Of a stretch of 64,000 nt of DNA, positions 1 to 10,325 are shown piece by piece. The translations under genes were made by a program, and so were the position numbers. The stretch is from assembly GCA_021798275.1 (NCBI GenBank), contig JAJZMK010000139.1, positions 12,408-76,407 on the forward strand, given 5' to 3'. The notes beneath the pieces were generated by a model. It made no database searches, was not told the origin of the DNA, and saw nothing but the letters and a program-made list of their open reading frames with translations. Numbering within the stretch: position 1 is the stretch's first letter; each line of letters opens with the position of its first letter. The stretch is from Actinomycetes bacterium (GTDB lineage: Bacteria > Actinomycetota > Acidimicrobiia > Acidimicrobiales > Bog-793).

Positions 1-1659
1 AACATCCACGCCGGTACCGGCGGGAGCGCCGGGCACATAGAACCGATTCCAATTGGCTTTTGAAGGATGAACGGAGTCGGCCGGACCGTTGGCAAAAACT
101 TTTAAGACGTTTTTGGTGATGGCGGTGAGGGTGGGCATGGCCGGTCGTATCCCGAAATGCAAACCGTCTTCCACTTTTTTCGACCCGTCCCATAAGAGAG
201 AAACCCATTGCGCCGTTCCCGTCGCAAAAACTCCGCCCCCGCCTTTCAGGCTGTAGTAAGACATGTCGGAATGAAGTGGTCCCAAAACCGAATCTATCGG
301 CGAGTGAGCCAGCAAATTTACGTTTTTGGGCGCCTCACTGGGCTCGTAGGCATCGAACTCCGACCCGACGACACCTGGAATTGCGGCGTTGTTTTTTAAA
401 CCTGTGCCTTCAAATACCCACGAATCGGCCTCTTTTACCACCATGGGAACAGGCGAGGAACCGCCGGGCTGAAAAGCCTGATACATGATCCCTATCATTT
501 TACTCTCAAACCAAGGCACTGGATCGGTGGCCCATGATACGCCGGTTGCAAGCGCCGGATCTTTTTTTGCTTCCGGATCAGCCGCGGCGTCTTTATAACA
601 AATTTCATGCCTGTAGGAACCGACCGGGGACGGCGCCAGTCTAATTTGGCGGTAGCAGGCGTTCGCTCCCAAAAACATCAAATTGACCCCTTTGGCAAGA
701 GCCGATTCCGCCCCCAGCCGCATGGGCATGGACCAGTATTCGTCGTGGCCCAAACTGACGAGCACTCTGTGGTTTAAAAGCAGGTCCGGCCGGATATGAA
801 AATCTACATCGGTCCAGTAGGTAACGTCCAGCCCCAAACGTTCCGCCAAGTACACGAAAGGGTACTCGTTTCCCATAAAGTCGCCCGAACCTCCCGCATC
901 CAAATTCGGGCCGTACGGGCGGTCAAAAGACACTACTCTGGATCTGTCCGCCAAAGTTCCGGTGGGAAGACCCCCGTAAAGAGAGTAGCCACCCCACAGG
1001 TTATAAGCCTGCCAAGTCGTAACGGCGCTTTGCACGACTATGGCCGACCTGCTGGAATCATCCCGCACCATAAACGGGACATAGCGCTCGGCGCCTTGCG
1101 AAGATACCAGCTTTATAAGATAATAACCCGGGAGATAGCCGGAGTCTATCCCGAATTGCCTGGAAGGATTCCAGTGGCATTCCACCATATTTATGCCCGG
1201 GGTAAAAGTTGAGGAGGGCTGACTTTGGCCCCTAATTCTGGGAGTTCTGTGGATCAACCTGGCACCCAAACCCTGGTAATAGCCCATACGGTAAATTTCC
1301 GCATAATAGCTGGGGGCCGGAGTATTGACGTAAAGCGTCAATACGTCACCCTCAACCAAACTGACTTTATCGACAAAACCCTCTATGCCGGGTGAATAAG
1401 AATTTTGCTTCCCCCGCAAAAGCCACCCGAGAGAACCTTTCTTATTGTTTTCTTCAATGATTTTTTCTGAAACCGGCAGCCTGTCCGCTGTCTTGTTGCT
1501 TTTTTTATCTCCGATGGCTGCGTCGTATGTGGTAGGCGTATTACCCGGAGAAGCCGCTTTTTTTGGACCGGGGCGCGAAAGGATATCCGCTATTGTCCCC
1601 CCTATTGCCAAAGAACCCACAACGCCGGCAACTGTTTTTATGAAATGTCTTCTCTCCAC
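1..1659 (-). CDS. Tat-signal secreted protein, N,N-dimethylformamidase beta-subunit-like family (C-terminus cut by window edge)
   Basis: Absent from the ORF track because it runs off the window. My reverse-complement translation from GTG at 1659 stays open for 553 codons to position 1. It begins VERRHFIKTVAGVVGSLAIGG (twin-arginine motif plus hydrophobic region). Internal LVSLGHDEYWSMPMR and ANACYRQIRL resemble the DMFase-beta-like family as I recall it. The + strand ORFs at 208-1212 are its antisense shadows. Confidence 0.6.
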   Translation of the reverse strand, partial: MERRHFIKTVAGVVGSLAIGGTIADILSRPGPKKAASPGNTPTTYDAAIGDKKSNKTADRLPVSEKIIEENNKKGSLGWLLRGKQNSYSPGIEGFVDKVSLVEGDVLTLYVNTPAPSYYAEIYRMGYYQGLGARLIHRTPRIRGQSQPSSTFTPGINMVECHWNPSRQFGIDSGYLPGYYLIKLVSSQGAERYVPFMVRDDSSRSAIVVQSAVTTWQAYNLWGGYSLYGGLPTGTLADRSRVVSFDRPYGPNLDAGGSGDFMGNEYPFVYLAERLGLDVTYWTDVDFHIRPDLLLNHRVLVSLGHDEYWSMPMRLGAESALAKGVNLMFLGANACYRQIRLAPSPVGSYRHEICYKDAAADPEAKKDPALATGVSWATDPVPWFESKMIGIMYQAFQPGGSSPVPMVVKEADSWVFEGTGLKNNAAIPGVVGSEFDAYEPSEAPKNVNLLAHSPIDSVLGPLHSDMSYYSLKGGGGVFATGTAQWVSLLWDGSKKVEDGLHFGIRPAMPTLTAITKNVLKVFANGPADSVHPSKANWNRFYVPGAPAGTGVDV

Positions 1660-1703
1660 CGCTTAGATCCTAAACCAATTTTAAGCAATAATATATATCA
1701 GAG

Positions 1704-2612
1704 ATGAAACCTATACCTGTCGCGTTCCATATAGGACCGCTGGAAATACATACATACGGGATCGGGCTGGCAATTGCATTCTGGTTCGGATACCGCTACT
1801 TTTGCTACAGATTGAGAAAACACGGATACGACGATTCCTGGTTCACCGTCACTTTCGTTGAAATAGTGATTTCGGCCGTGATAGGAGCCAGAATTGTCCA
1901 CGTTTTGGCTCACACAAGGTACTACTCACAAAACCCTGGGCAGATCGTGGCAATCTGGAACGGAGGCCTTTCCAGTTTCGGAGGACTCCTGGGAGGAATA
2001 CCCGTCGGGTTTTTGAGCGCAAAAAAACGTTGCAAAAACCTAAAACTTTCCGTGGCGGCAGATCTGATCGCCCCTGTTTTGGTGGAGGCATGGGCGGTGG
2101 GAAGGCTTCTGGGCCCGCAACTGATGTACTCGGGAGGAGGAAAACCCACCAATGCCTGGTATGGCATGTACTACGCAGGGGAAGTGGGCAAACGACTTCC
2201 GGTGCCGATATTTCAAGCCATCGAATGCACCGCCGTTTTTCTGATCAGCCTTTATGCCGAGAGGTTAATTTCCAAACGCGGCGGGCCCATAGGCGTCGTG
2301 GCCTGTACGGCAACCGCATTATGGGGTCTCAGCCGCTATTTTGACGAATCGGTATATCTTCCGCACGACAACGGCACGATCGGAGTCGAGGCGGCGGGTT
2401 TGGCCATGTTTTTCGGCGGTCTGCTGCTTGCCGGAATTCTGATGTTCAAAAAAAGACATGCTCCGTCTCCAAACGGAGAAAAGCACTCCGGAGGCATGGC
2501 GGATACGGCAAACGTCAATGCCGACACCGGCAAGGACGCCGATATCCCGTTACCGAAATATCCCCGCGGCGATCCTTGGGGCAACAAAGTCGGGCTTCCC
2601 GCCGCGACTTAG
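1704..2612 (+). CDS. lgt: prolipoprotein diacylglyceryl transferase
   Basis: 302-aa polytopic ORF. The N-terminus PVAFHIGPLEIHTYGIGLAIAFWFGY and IWNGGLSSFGGLLGG match Lgt family motifs. Confidence 0.9.
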   Translation: MKPIPVAFHIGPLEIHTYGIGLAIAFWFGYRYFCYRLRKHGYDDSWFTVTFVEIVISAVIGARIVHVLAHTRYYSQNPGQIVAIWNGGLSSFGGLLGGIPVGFLSAKKRCKNLKLSVAADLIAPVLVEAWAVGRLLGPQLMYSGGGKPTNAWYGMYYAGEVGKRLPVPIFQAIECTAVFLISLYAERLISKRGGPIGVVACTATALWGLSRYFDESVYLPHDNGTIGVEAAGLAMFFGGLLLAGILMFKKRHAPSPNGEKHSGGMADTANVNADTGKDADIPLPKYPRGDPWGNKVGLPAAT

Positions 2613-2838
2613 ACCCTTATCCGGTTCTTCGCTCAGATTGCCTTTTGAACACAAAAGGCGGCTCAAAAGAACTCGGCCCGGGCGACGAAAGCCGTCGATA
2701 AATTCCATACTATCTCTTGCTTATTCACTGTATGTAATATAGAATATGCCATAAGTGGCAATTCTCTACTTTTTCTCCCGGAAGCCACGCTATAGGCTGC
2801 AAAAAGAGGCCCTTTCGCCCTGAGGAGAGCTGATACAA

Positions 2839-3012
2839 ATGCCTAACCTAACCATCCAAGACTTACGCAAAATGTCGGATGAAATTACAATGAAAAAAAT
2901 TGCCAATATCAAAGAGTGCATACAAAAAGCCCTTGATATCTTGAACCGTAAAGATTACGATACCGAGTCGGTCAAGATAATATTGCAAGACATCCTGCAT
3001 CATATCGACTGA
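2839..3012 (+). CDS. small hypothetical protein (57 aa, predicted helical)
   Basis: ATG at 2839 is preceded by GAGGAG (2822-2827). It translates to MPNLTIQDLRKMSDEITMKKIANIKECIQKALDILNRKDYDTESVKIILQDILHHID and ends at TGA 3010-3012. It is below the ORF-track length cutoff and competes with the antisense 2863-3102 ORF, which has no RBS. Confidence 0.35.
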   Translation: MPNLTIQDLRKMSDEITMKKIANIKECIQKALDILNRKDYDTESVKIILQDILHHID

Positions 3013-3088
3013 GGTCGCTTTGATCGGCATTTGTCCGGCACTTTGATAAGCGGAGAGATAAACGACAGGACTTGAGACAGGTTGCGCT

Positions 3089-3589
3089 ATGCTCAAGTAC
3101 ATAGGGCAGAGCGGCTGTATTCCCTACTCTTTAGCTAAAATGACTTTTACAGAGGCTGAAATGACGGCAAACAAATACGGACCGGCGGCAGGTGACGAAG
3201 AAAAATGGCAAAGTGAGCTGACCGAAGAGCAATTTCATGTGCTGCGCCAAAAAGGCACCGAAGCGCCGTTCACCGGTAAATATAACGACTTTCACCAAAA
3301 AGGACTCTTTCTTTGCGCGGCATGCGGAAACGCGCTCTTTGCCTCGGATGACAAATACGATTCCGGCTCCGGGTGGCCCAGTTTCACAAAACCGGTCAAT
3401 TCCGAAAATATTGCCACCAATCGGGATTTCTCGCACAATATGGTGAGAACGGAGGCCGTTTGCGCGAAATGCGGATCACACCTCGGACACGTGTTTGACG
3501 ACGGACCGGAACCGCTGGCGCAGCGGTGGTGCATCAATTCGGTTGCTCTGGAATTTGAGCAAAAAGACGGCTCCGGCCCAAAAGAATAG
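3089..3589 (+). CDS. msrB: peptide-methionine (R)-S-oxide reductase
   Basis: CAACGNALF and CAKCGSHLGHVFDDGP form the two CxxC pairs. GSGWPSF and RWCINS are SelR/MsrB motifs. The start is uncertain: ATG at 3089, 3140 or 3161, with GAGG 5 nt before 3161. Confidence 0.9.
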   Translation: MLKYIGQSGCIPYSLAKMTFTEAEMTANKYGPAAGDEEKWQSELTEEQFHVLRQKGTEAPFTGKYNDFHQKGLFLCAACGNALFASDDKYDSGSGWPSFTKPVNSENIATNRDFSHNMVRTEAVCAKCGSHLGHVFDDGPEPLAQRWCINSVALEFEQKDGSGPKE

Positions 3590-3593
3590 AAAA

Positions 3594-4226
3594 ATGCTTT
3601 TCGCAGGACACAACACGCACATGGTCGACGCGGGGAACGCTTTGCCAGGAAACGCGGATCCGATCATTGTATCAGGCAAACACTGCGTACTCGGCACTCC
3701 CGTCATGCCACCTTTCCCCCCGAATTGCGAAACTACGGTGATAGCCATGGGATGCTTCTGGGGTGCGGAAAGAGCCATGTGGCAGTTGGAGGGCGTCTAT
3801 ACGACGGCGGCCGGATACTGCGGCGGATTTACCGAAAATCCCACCTATGAGCAAGTCTGTTCGGGAAAAACCGGACATGCCGAATCCGTCTTGGTGGTAT
3901 TTGATCCGGAAATACTGAGCTACGGCCAAATTATAAAAACCTTTTACGAGACCCATGACCCCACGCAATATATGGGGCAGGGCAACGACATCGGCACCCA
4001 ATACCGCTCAGCCCTTTACTGTGACAATCGACAGCAGACGGAAACGGCTTTGAGAATTACCGCCCGCTACCAAAGTATTTTGGAGCGGGCAGGGATGGGC
4101 CCGATTGTCACGGAAATCGCCTCACAAAAGAACTTTTATTACGCCGAGGAATACCACCAGCAATACTTGGCCAAAGTTCCCAACGGGTACTGTGGACTGA
4201 AATCTACCGGTTTAAAATGTATATAA
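3594..4226 (+). CDS. msrA: peptide-methionine (S)-S-oxide reductase
   Basis: Catalytic GCFWG motif (AMGCFWGAERAMW), plus YRSALY and EEYHQQYL. I chose ATG 3594 because the upstream part of the 3495 ORF overlaps msrB. Confidence 0.9.
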   Translation: MLFAGHNTHMVDAGNALPGNADPIIVSGKHCVLGTPVMPPFPPNCETTVIAMGCFWGAERAMWQLEGVYTTAAGYCGGFTENPTYEQVCSGKTGHAESVLVVFDPEILSYGQIIKTFYETHDPTQYMGQGNDIGTQYRSALYCDNRQQTETALRITARYQSILERAGMGPIVTEIASQKNFYYAEEYHQQYLAKVPNGYCGLKSTGLKCI

Positions 4227-4448
4227 AGTGTCCTCGCCGCCTCTTTGATATTGAAAATTTTGCAAATCAAACAATTTACATTCGGCGCCTATCGGAAGTT
4301 TTCTAAAAAGATACGGTTTGTAATGCACTTTACTGATTTTGATGTGTTAAAATATATACATCACAGTTTTGTTAAATTTTTATCAGCAAATGTTAAGATT
4401 TATGCGTCATGGTATTAAGATAAACGCTTACAGAAACGAATATGAAAA

Positions 4449-5009
4449 GTGACGAAACCGCTTAAAGAGTTTTGGGGTAAATTTGCCTCCGGCCGCATAG
4501 GTACTTTTGTTATCAGGATATTCCGTTACAGCACGACCTCTTTGATATGTTTGGGCATCAGTGAAGCCACTATCTTGATACTTACCGCCACCAACTTATT
4601 CGGGGCCACCACCGCAGCCCTGATTGCCAATTTTGCCGGAGTCATTCCTTCTTACCTGCTGAGCAGATATTGGATTTGGAAAGAAGCCGACAGAAAAAAC
4701 ACCACAAAACAAATCGTGCTTTACTGGATCATATCGATTATATCCATCGGCATAACAAGCTTTGCAACCGGGTTCATTACCCATCATTCCGACACCACGG
4801 GAACCGCACACTTGGAGGTCGTGGGCGGGTCTTTCCTGGGTCTCAACTTTATACTCTGGATCGCCAAATATGTTGCATACCAAAAGATAGTTTTTCGAAT
4901 AGCCCCCAATGAGGCAGGGTCTGGGCAAAACGGGGATTACCCTGCTTTGTCAGCTGAAAAGCACGCAGAAAAGACGGCCTTCAGCCAAACAGGTAAATTG
5001 GATTTCTAA
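4449..5009 (+). CDS. GtrA-family membrane protein
   Basis: Four predicted TM helices. FRYSTTSLICLGISE and the motif IPSYLLSRYWIWKE are typical of GtrA-like proteins. GTG start. Confidence 0.65.
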   Translation: MTKPLKEFWGKFASGRIGTFVIRIFRYSTTSLICLGISEATILILTATNLFGATTAALIANFAGVIPSYLLSRYWIWKEADRKNTTKQIVLYWIISIISIGITSFATGFITHHSDTTGTAHLEVVGGSFLGLNFILWIAKYVAYQKIVFRIAPNEAGSGQNGDYPALSAEKHAEKTAFSQTGKLDF

Positions 5010-5027
5010 AGCATCCGAAGCTTTATC

Positions 5028-5438
5028 CTAACCGGTTGCAATCCTTCTTCCGGATATCGAATTGATATGGATTCGCACATAGTGCTCGTCTTCGTCGCTT
5101 ACCCATGAATTGAATTGCAGTCGGCGTTCGTTCTCGGAAAGGTTGTCGATGGCATTTGTTATATCGCGCCCGACCCCTTCTATCATGATGCTCCATCCGC
5201 TGTGGGTGGCATAGTCCAGGGAATCCACTTCAAACGCCACATTATTCAAACCGGAATGCTCAAATTTAGTGCCTATGGTGGTTTTAAACACTATCGCATA
5301 ATCGTCGAACACGTAATTGACGGGGAAAATAAGCGGACGCCCATCCTCCACAATTCCCAGCCTTCCGACAGACTGGGTTTTCAACAATTCAAAACATTCT
5401 TTTTCGTCAATAGTCTGTATGTGAACGTCCCCTGTCAT
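5028..5438 (-). CDS. pyridoxamine 5'-phosphate oxidase-family (flavin-binding split-barrel) protein
   Basis: 136 aa. ECFELLKTQSVGRLGIVEDGRPLIFPVNYVFDD matches the Pyridox_ox_2/PPOX-like N-terminal pattern. Confidence 0.7.
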   Translation of the reverse strand: MTGDVHIQTIDEKECFELLKTQSVGRLGIVEDGRPLIFPVNYVFDDYAIVFKTTIGTKFEHSGLNNVAFEVDSLDYATHSGWSIMIEGVGRDITNAIDNLSENERRLQFNSWVSDEDEHYVRIHINSISGRRIATG

Positions 5439-5539
5439 ATTTCCTCCGCATCGCGCTAGACCCTATTACAGACTATATAAACTTGGGGCTCCTGTCCCCA
5501 GTAAGACTTTGTTTTATATAAATACTGTCAAAAGAAACA

Positions 5540-6439
5540 TTATAAGGCGTAACCATAAATAGGCCAGTGGCGCTGTGCTTTCGCAAGGGGTGAACGGTTT
5601 TGTGATGCCAAAAATGTTGAGTAGCTCTCTGCCCAAGATTCATACCACTGCCCCTGCAAAAAATATAAGTTGGCCAATTCGTAATTGTTGATATCAAATT
5701 GATCAGTCATTTTAAATAAAATTTCACACGAAGCCTGAGCGTCCGACAACGATCGGTGAGGCGTCTGATTCGTGACACCGTAGTAGCCGCAAAGCGAGGC
5801 CAGGTTGCGGCGTCCCTGTCTGTCTTTGGCAAAGTATCTGTCCAAAACCAATATGTCGATGACAGGACCTTTCCACCCGGCTTCATACAGGCTGGTATTT
5901 AAAAATTTCTTGCCCAAAAGACTGACTATGCTCAAATCATAGGTAAGATTCATGCCGACCAAAGGTATCCCGTTTCCCGCTAAGTCGAGTAGCTTATCGA
6001 ATACAGCCCGAATTGCCGCAACCAAGTCCTCACCCCGTTCCACAGCCTCTTCTGTGGTGATGCCGTGGATAGCCGTGGCTTCTTTTGGTATGGGCACACC
6101 CGGATTCACAATTTGTTCGCAGGACGATTCCGGCAAACGGTTTTGATACGTGCAAAAAGCGTAGCTTACGGGTAAAGCCGTCTTGATGTCAAGACCCGTT
6201 GTTTCCAAATCAAAAGCAACGACTTCTCCGTATGACCACATTTTATCTACCGATATTTCCTGTTGGCACCCATAAGACAGACACTGCTGTATATGCTTGT
6301 TTCCGTCTTCCAGAACAGCTCTCAAACCCATACTATCGACATCTCCTTCTTTCATCACGGAATCCCGGCTTTTGATTTTGGTATTGACAACCCAAATTCG
6401 CCGGACTTCCAAGCTAAATAACATTGATGTTATTTTCAC
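5540..6439 (-). CDS. DEDDh 3'-5' exonuclease (DNA polymerase III epsilon-like)
   Basis: Exo motifs VVAFDLETTGLD, AIHGITTEEA and HRSLSDAQA (H-x4-D). The true start may be an internal Met. Confidence 0.8.
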   Translation of the reverse strand: MKITSMLFSLEVRRIWVVNTKIKSRDSVMKEGDVDSMGLRAVLEDGNKHIQQCLSYGCQQEISVDKMWSYGEVVAFDLETTGLDIKTALPVSYAFCTYQNRLPESSCEQIVNPGVPIPKEATAIHGITTEEAVERGEDLVAAIRAVFDKLLDLAGNGIPLVGMNLTYDLSIVSLLGKKFLNTSLYEAGWKGPVIDILVLDRYFAKDRQGRRNLASLCGYYGVTNQTPHRSLSDAQASCEILFKMTDQFDINNYELANLYFLQGQWYESWAESYSTFLASQNRSPLAKAQRHWPIYGYAL

Positions 6440-6569
6440 ATACGGCTATAACAGGAAGCAGACAAGAGAATTTTTTACGCTTTGGCGTCGCTCAAAACCT
6501 CCCTGTTGCCTCAAAAAACTACCGGGGCAGATTCGGCATCACCGAAAGATCCCTCTAATTTTTAGTGGC

Positions 6570-6575
6570 TATAAT
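6570..6575 (+). promoter_or_regulatory. candidate -10 box (TATAAT) giving a leaderless transcript of the 6582 gene
   Basis: A perfect TATAAT ends 6 nt before ATG 6582, and no SD lies in between. Leaderless mRNAs are common in Actinomycetota. Confidence 0.3.
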
Positions 6576-6581
6576 GGTATT

Positions 6582-6926
6582 ATGTGGTGGAATAAGAGGG
6601 CCGTCGGTTTACACTGTACGCTTCTTATTGTTTTGCCCATCTTTTCCTTTATGGCGTATTGGCAACTGAGCAGAGCCCTGGGAGGAAACAGCCTGAGTTG
6701 GGTTTATACCTTTGAATGGCCGTTTTTCGGATTCTACGCCATTGTTTTGTGGTGGAAACTTATTCACGAGAACGAAGAAAAGAAAACCGGACTGCGGTTT
6801 TCCAGAAAACACGCCGCGGACAACGACTCGGACAAAGAAAAAGATCTGGAAGAACAGACTGCGGCATACAACAGTTACTTATCTTCTTTGTACCAAAGCG
6901 GGGAACAAAACCGCTTAAAAACATGA
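6582..6926 (+). CDS. small membrane protein (2 TM, acidic/basic C-tail)
   Basis: Internal ATG of the 6297 ORF. MWWNKRAVGLHCTLLIVLPIFSFMAYW and WVYTFEWPFFGFYAIVLWW are hydrophobic helices. The upstream part of the ORF overlaps the exonuclease gene. Confidence 0.5.
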   Translation: MWWNKRAVGLHCTLLIVLPIFSFMAYWQLSRALGGNSLSWVYTFEWPFFGFYAIVLWWKLIHENEEKKTGLRFSRKHAADNDSDKEKDLEEQTAAYNSYLSSLYQSGEQNRLKT

Positions 6927-7223
6927 TGCGGATTTTGACCGGACGGACGAAAACATATCTGCTAGATTGTGCCGATGGGACTAATTATTCGCGTTCTGGT
7001 TAAGATTTTGGTCAAAATAAAAAGACAAAAGAAGGCCAAAAAAACCTCATAAAAAGATCTGTATTTCTCGATACCCAGCCGGCAACGATGTTGCCGGCCA
7101 AAGCGTCGTCACCAGGCAACCGAGCTTGCCCGTATCGACATCTTTTAAACCATTTATTTTTAGAAATTTCCGATAACTTTGTGTTTTTGTTTTTTACGGC
7201 CATAGGGCTATAGAATAAAAGTT

Positions 7224-7943
7224 ATGACAGACGGCGACAATGTTAGCGAACATCAAGAAAACGCATCGGGAACCAAAACAATTTACCGTCAGGTAAAATT
7301 CGTTCCCGATAGAACAGCCGTAACGTTACTCTTAATTCGGCACGGCGAATCGGCAATAGCCGATATGGAAAACCCGTTTCCCCTGACAGAAGGCCGCAGC
7401 GACCCATCTCTGTCACCGATCGGCATTCTGCAAGCCCAGGCTTTGGCTTCCAGATTGGCCGGTTACCGGTTGGACGACATCTACGTGACGCAGCTGAAGC
7501 GTACCCAAGAAACAGCCGCTCCATTGTGCAGCGCCATCGGAAAAACGTGGACCGTAGAAGAAGATTTGGTGGAGATATTTATGGGGGAATGGGAAGGCGG
7601 CATTTACCGCAAGCACATGACGGAAGGGCATCCCGTCGCCCAAAGGATTCTGGCCGAACAGCGTTTTGACGTTATTCCGGGCGGAGAATCAAATCATTCC
7701 GTAACTTCGAGGGCAGTCGCTGCCATTCAAAAAATTACGGTATCGCATCCCGGCAAAACTCTGGCCATATTTACACACAGCGTTGTGATAGCCAATGTGC
7801 TTGCTTTTGTCACCCGCTCGGAACCGTTTGCCTTCCTGGGCAACGACAACGCCTCCGTATCCGAAATTGTGGTTGCCGACGGGAAATGGTATCTGAGAAG
7901 ATTTAACGATACGGCCCACCTGGAGCACATCAAGCACCTATAA
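7224..7943 (+). CDS. histidine phosphatase family protein (phosphoglycerate-mutase-like)
   Basis: LLLIRHGES catalytic RHG motif and a downstream FTHSVVI (His) motif. Confidence 0.85.
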   Translation: MTDGDNVSEHQENASGTKTIYRQVKFVPDRTAVTLLLIRHGESAIADMENPFPLTEGRSDPSLSPIGILQAQALASRLAGYRLDDIYVTQLKRTQETAAPLCSAIGKTWTVEEDLVEIFMGEWEGGIYRKHMTEGHPVAQRILAEQRFDVIPGGESNHSVTSRAVAAIQKITVSHPGKTLAIFTHSVVIANVLAFVTRSEPFAFLGNDNASVSEIVVADGKWYLRRFNDTAHLEHIKHL

Positions 7944-9575
7944 AATGCCGTCCGGCTCAAAAGTCCCCTTTCCTTGTCCGTTTGGCTGTGATTGATCAAA
8001 ATCTGTTTTTTTCTCGGGTATTTCAACCCAAAAGTGCGTACCCACGCCGTCCACAGAGTTCACCCCCGTTTTGCCGCGATGCACTTCCACAATCGAGGCG
8101 ACTATCGCCAAACCCAATCCCGTGCCGCCTCTGTCTCTGTTTCTGGAAGAATCGGCCTTATAAAAACGTTCAAATACTTTTTCCAGGTGCTCCCGGGGAA
8201 TACCAGGCCCTTCGTCTATCACTTCGAAGATACCGCCGGCTCCCGAGTTTTTGACATTAATGTGTATGGCTGCCGAGCTCGGGGTATGGACTATCGCGTT
8301 TCTGACTAAATTGACGGCGACCTGTCTGAGACTTGCTTCGTCCCCGTACACATTAACGGAACCTTCCGATTGAAAAGTAATTTCTCTGTCCGGATCCATA
8401 GCCTGGGCGTCGATGGCCGCGTCTGCCGCTATTTGGTTCAAATCCACCGTTTCGAAGTGATAGACGTGTCCTTGATCCAGTCTGGCCAGCAACAGCAGAT
8501 CTTCCACCAGCTCGGCCATGCGCTTGGCTTCGCTTTCAATCCTGAGCATCGACCTTTCCAGGTCTTCCGGATGTTTATTGGCTCCTCTCCGGAAAAGCTC
8601 GGCATAGCCCCTGATGGAAGTGAGCGGGGTTCTGAGCTCGTGGGAAGCATCCGCCAAAAATTGCCTCAGTCTGTTTTCAGAAGATTGTTGTTCGTTAAAA
8701 GAGTGCTCTATTTGGCTGAGCATAGTATTTAAAGATATGCCGAGACGGCCGAGTTCCGTGTTGGGTTCCGCCACCGTGACCCTCTGCGAAAGGTCTCCTT
8801 TTGCTATGGCATCCGCCGTTTTTTCTATCTTCTCGAGAGGCTTCATCCCTATTCTCACCAATATATAGCTGAGCAGTGCCAAGACCACCAGGACACTTAT
8901 GCCGACAGCCAAATCAAAAAGTTTCAGGTGTCGCAAAGTGTCATAAAAAGGATTGAGCGGAATGGCAATAACTTCCACCCCCGCCACTTCTTGGGTAAAG
9001 CCGTTGATGGCCGGTATGGCCATCACCCTGTAAGCGCTTACGGCACCGTGCCCGCCTTTTGCCGGAGCCGAAAAAACCTGTACGTCGTTGGGGGAATTAA
9101 ACTGCTGGATGACTCTCTTGACCACCGACAAAGGCACAATGGGGCCGGGGCCGTCGGCAACGGGAAAAGCGCTGATCACCGCACCGCTGATATCTATGAC
9201 TTCACCGTAGGTGCCGGTGGGAGCCGCGCTCAAATTGGGGGATTTGAAACCTCCGTCGCCGAAGTAACGCTCCACGGGCAGTTTGGCGGCAGCGAGCTGT
9301 TCGTCAACCTGTCTTGTCAAAAAAGATTCTGTTTGCGAATAAACTATAACGTCGGCCACCGACAAACCGACGGTCGTTATAAGAACCAGTCCGATCAAGA
9401 GGCGGGTCCTTAAAGAAAATTTCCCCGGTCTCAGTTTTGCTCTCAAAAGGCTTTTTGATCCGGTTATCCGCTCACGGGAAAACGGCTCTTCTTCTCGGTT
9501 GTGATCCTGAAATAAAGACGGGACTTGTGTTTCGGCTTCTTCTCGGTTGTCTTTAAACTGGTTTTTTTGCTTCAT
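7938..9575 (-). CDS. sensor histidine kinase (2 TM, HAMP, HisKA, HATPase_c)
   Basis: H-box ASHELRTPLTSIRGY; N box LVRNAIVHT; G boxes IDEGPGIP and GGTGLGLAIV; HAMP-like KPLEKIEKTADAIAKGDLSQRV. Confidence 0.9.
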   Translation of the reverse strand: MKQKNQFKDNREEAETQVPSLFQDHNREEEPFSRERITGSKSLLRAKLRPGKFSLRTRLLIGLVLITTVGLSVADVIVYSQTESFLTRQVDEQLAAAKLPVERYFGDGGFKSPNLSAAPTGTYGEVIDISGAVISAFPVADGPGPIVPLSVVKRVIQQFNSPNDVQVFSAPAKGGHGAVSAYRVMAIPAINGFTQEVAGVEVIAIPLNPFYDTLRHLKLFDLAVGISVLVVLALLSYILVRIGMKPLEKIEKTADAIAKGDLSQRVTVAEPNTELGRLGISLNTMLSQIEHSFNEQQSSENRLRQFLADASHELRTPLTSIRGYAELFRRGANKHPEDLERSMLRIESEAKRMAELVEDLLLLARLDQGHVYHFETVDLNQIAADAAIDAQAMDPDREITFQSEGSVNVYGDEASLRQVAVNLVRNAIVHTPSSAAIHINVKNSGAGGIFEVIDEGPGIPREHLEKVFERFYKADSSRNRDRGGTGLGLAIVASIVEVHRGKTGVNSVDGVGTHFWVEIPEKKTDFDQSQPNGQGKGTFEPDGIL

Positions 9576-10272
9576 AATAGTCTTGTGAACTTGGTGCCCT
9601 GAGGCTGTAACCGGCTCCTCGCAGAGTATGGATCAGAGGGGGGCCATGTGAATCCACTTTTTTGCGGAGATAACTTATATAGGTCTCAACGACGTTTGCA
9701 TCTCCTTCGAAATCATACTCCCACACGTAATCAAGTATCTGCGCTTTGGACAACACCCTCCTGGGGTTCAGCATTAAATATCTGAGCAGCTTAAATTCCG
9801 TGGGAGTCAACTCGATCGGTCTGTCCCCTCTGTAAACTTCTCTTGTCTCTTCGTCAAGTTCCAAATCGTAAAACGTAAGCTTTGCTTTGCTGTTGGAAGA
9901 GTCATTGGTCCTGCGTAAAATTGCCCTTAGGCGCGCCACCAATTCCTCTATGCTGAATGGCTTTGTTACATAGTCGTCTCCGCCCAAGGTGAGCCCTCTG
10001 ACCTTGTCTTCGGTGGTATCGCGGGCCGTCAAAAACAATATGGGTACTTTATAACCTTCCAATCTCAGCCGCCTGGCCACTTCGAAACCGTCCAGATCCG
10101 GCAACATGACATCCAGCAGCATCAGGTGCGGTCTGCTTTTGAGGGCTGCCGTCAAAGCCTCTCTGCCCGTATAAGCCGTTGTCACTTCAAAGCCTTCATA
10201 GTGTAAAGCCGTGGCAACCAAGTCGGCTATATTTCTTTCATCATCAACCACCAAAACACGATTAGTATCCAC
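9553..10272 (-). CDS. OmpR/PhoB-family response regulator
   Basis: Receiver domain VLVVDDE...LLDVMLPDLDG...TARD...K. C-terminal winged helix LTPTEFKLLRYL...TLRGAGY. It overlaps the kinase gene, so the two form an operon. Confidence 0.92.
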   Translation of the reverse strand: MDTNRVLVVDDERNIADLVATALHYEGFEVTTAYTGREALTAALKSRPHLMLLDVMLPDLDGFEVARRLRLEGYKVPILFLTARDTTEDKVRGLTLGGDDYVTKPFSIEELVARLRAILRRTNDSSNSKAKLTFYDLELDEETREVYRGDRPIELTPTEFKLLRYLMLNPRRVLSKAQILDYVWEYDFEGDANVVETYISYLRKKVDSHGPPLIHTLRGAGYSLRAPSSQDYYEAKKPV

Positions 10273-10325
10273 ATTGATAATAATCTAGTATTAAGCTGTG
10301 AGTAAGCTGTGAAAAAACTGACAAA

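Noticed and set aside
2863-3102. 79-aa minus-strand ORF overlapping the 57-aa + strand ORF.
   Set aside because: It has no RBS and runs into the msrB start region. The + strand ORF has GAGGAG at ideal spacing, although it is itself only weakly supported.
7012-7203. 63-aa minus-strand ORF, with a 9-bp GC-rich hairpin (7078-7098, GCCGGCAAC-gat-GTTGCCGGC) inside it.
   Set aside because: I recognised no family and saw no RBS. The hairpin has no U-tract on either strand, so neither a gene nor a terminator can be supported.
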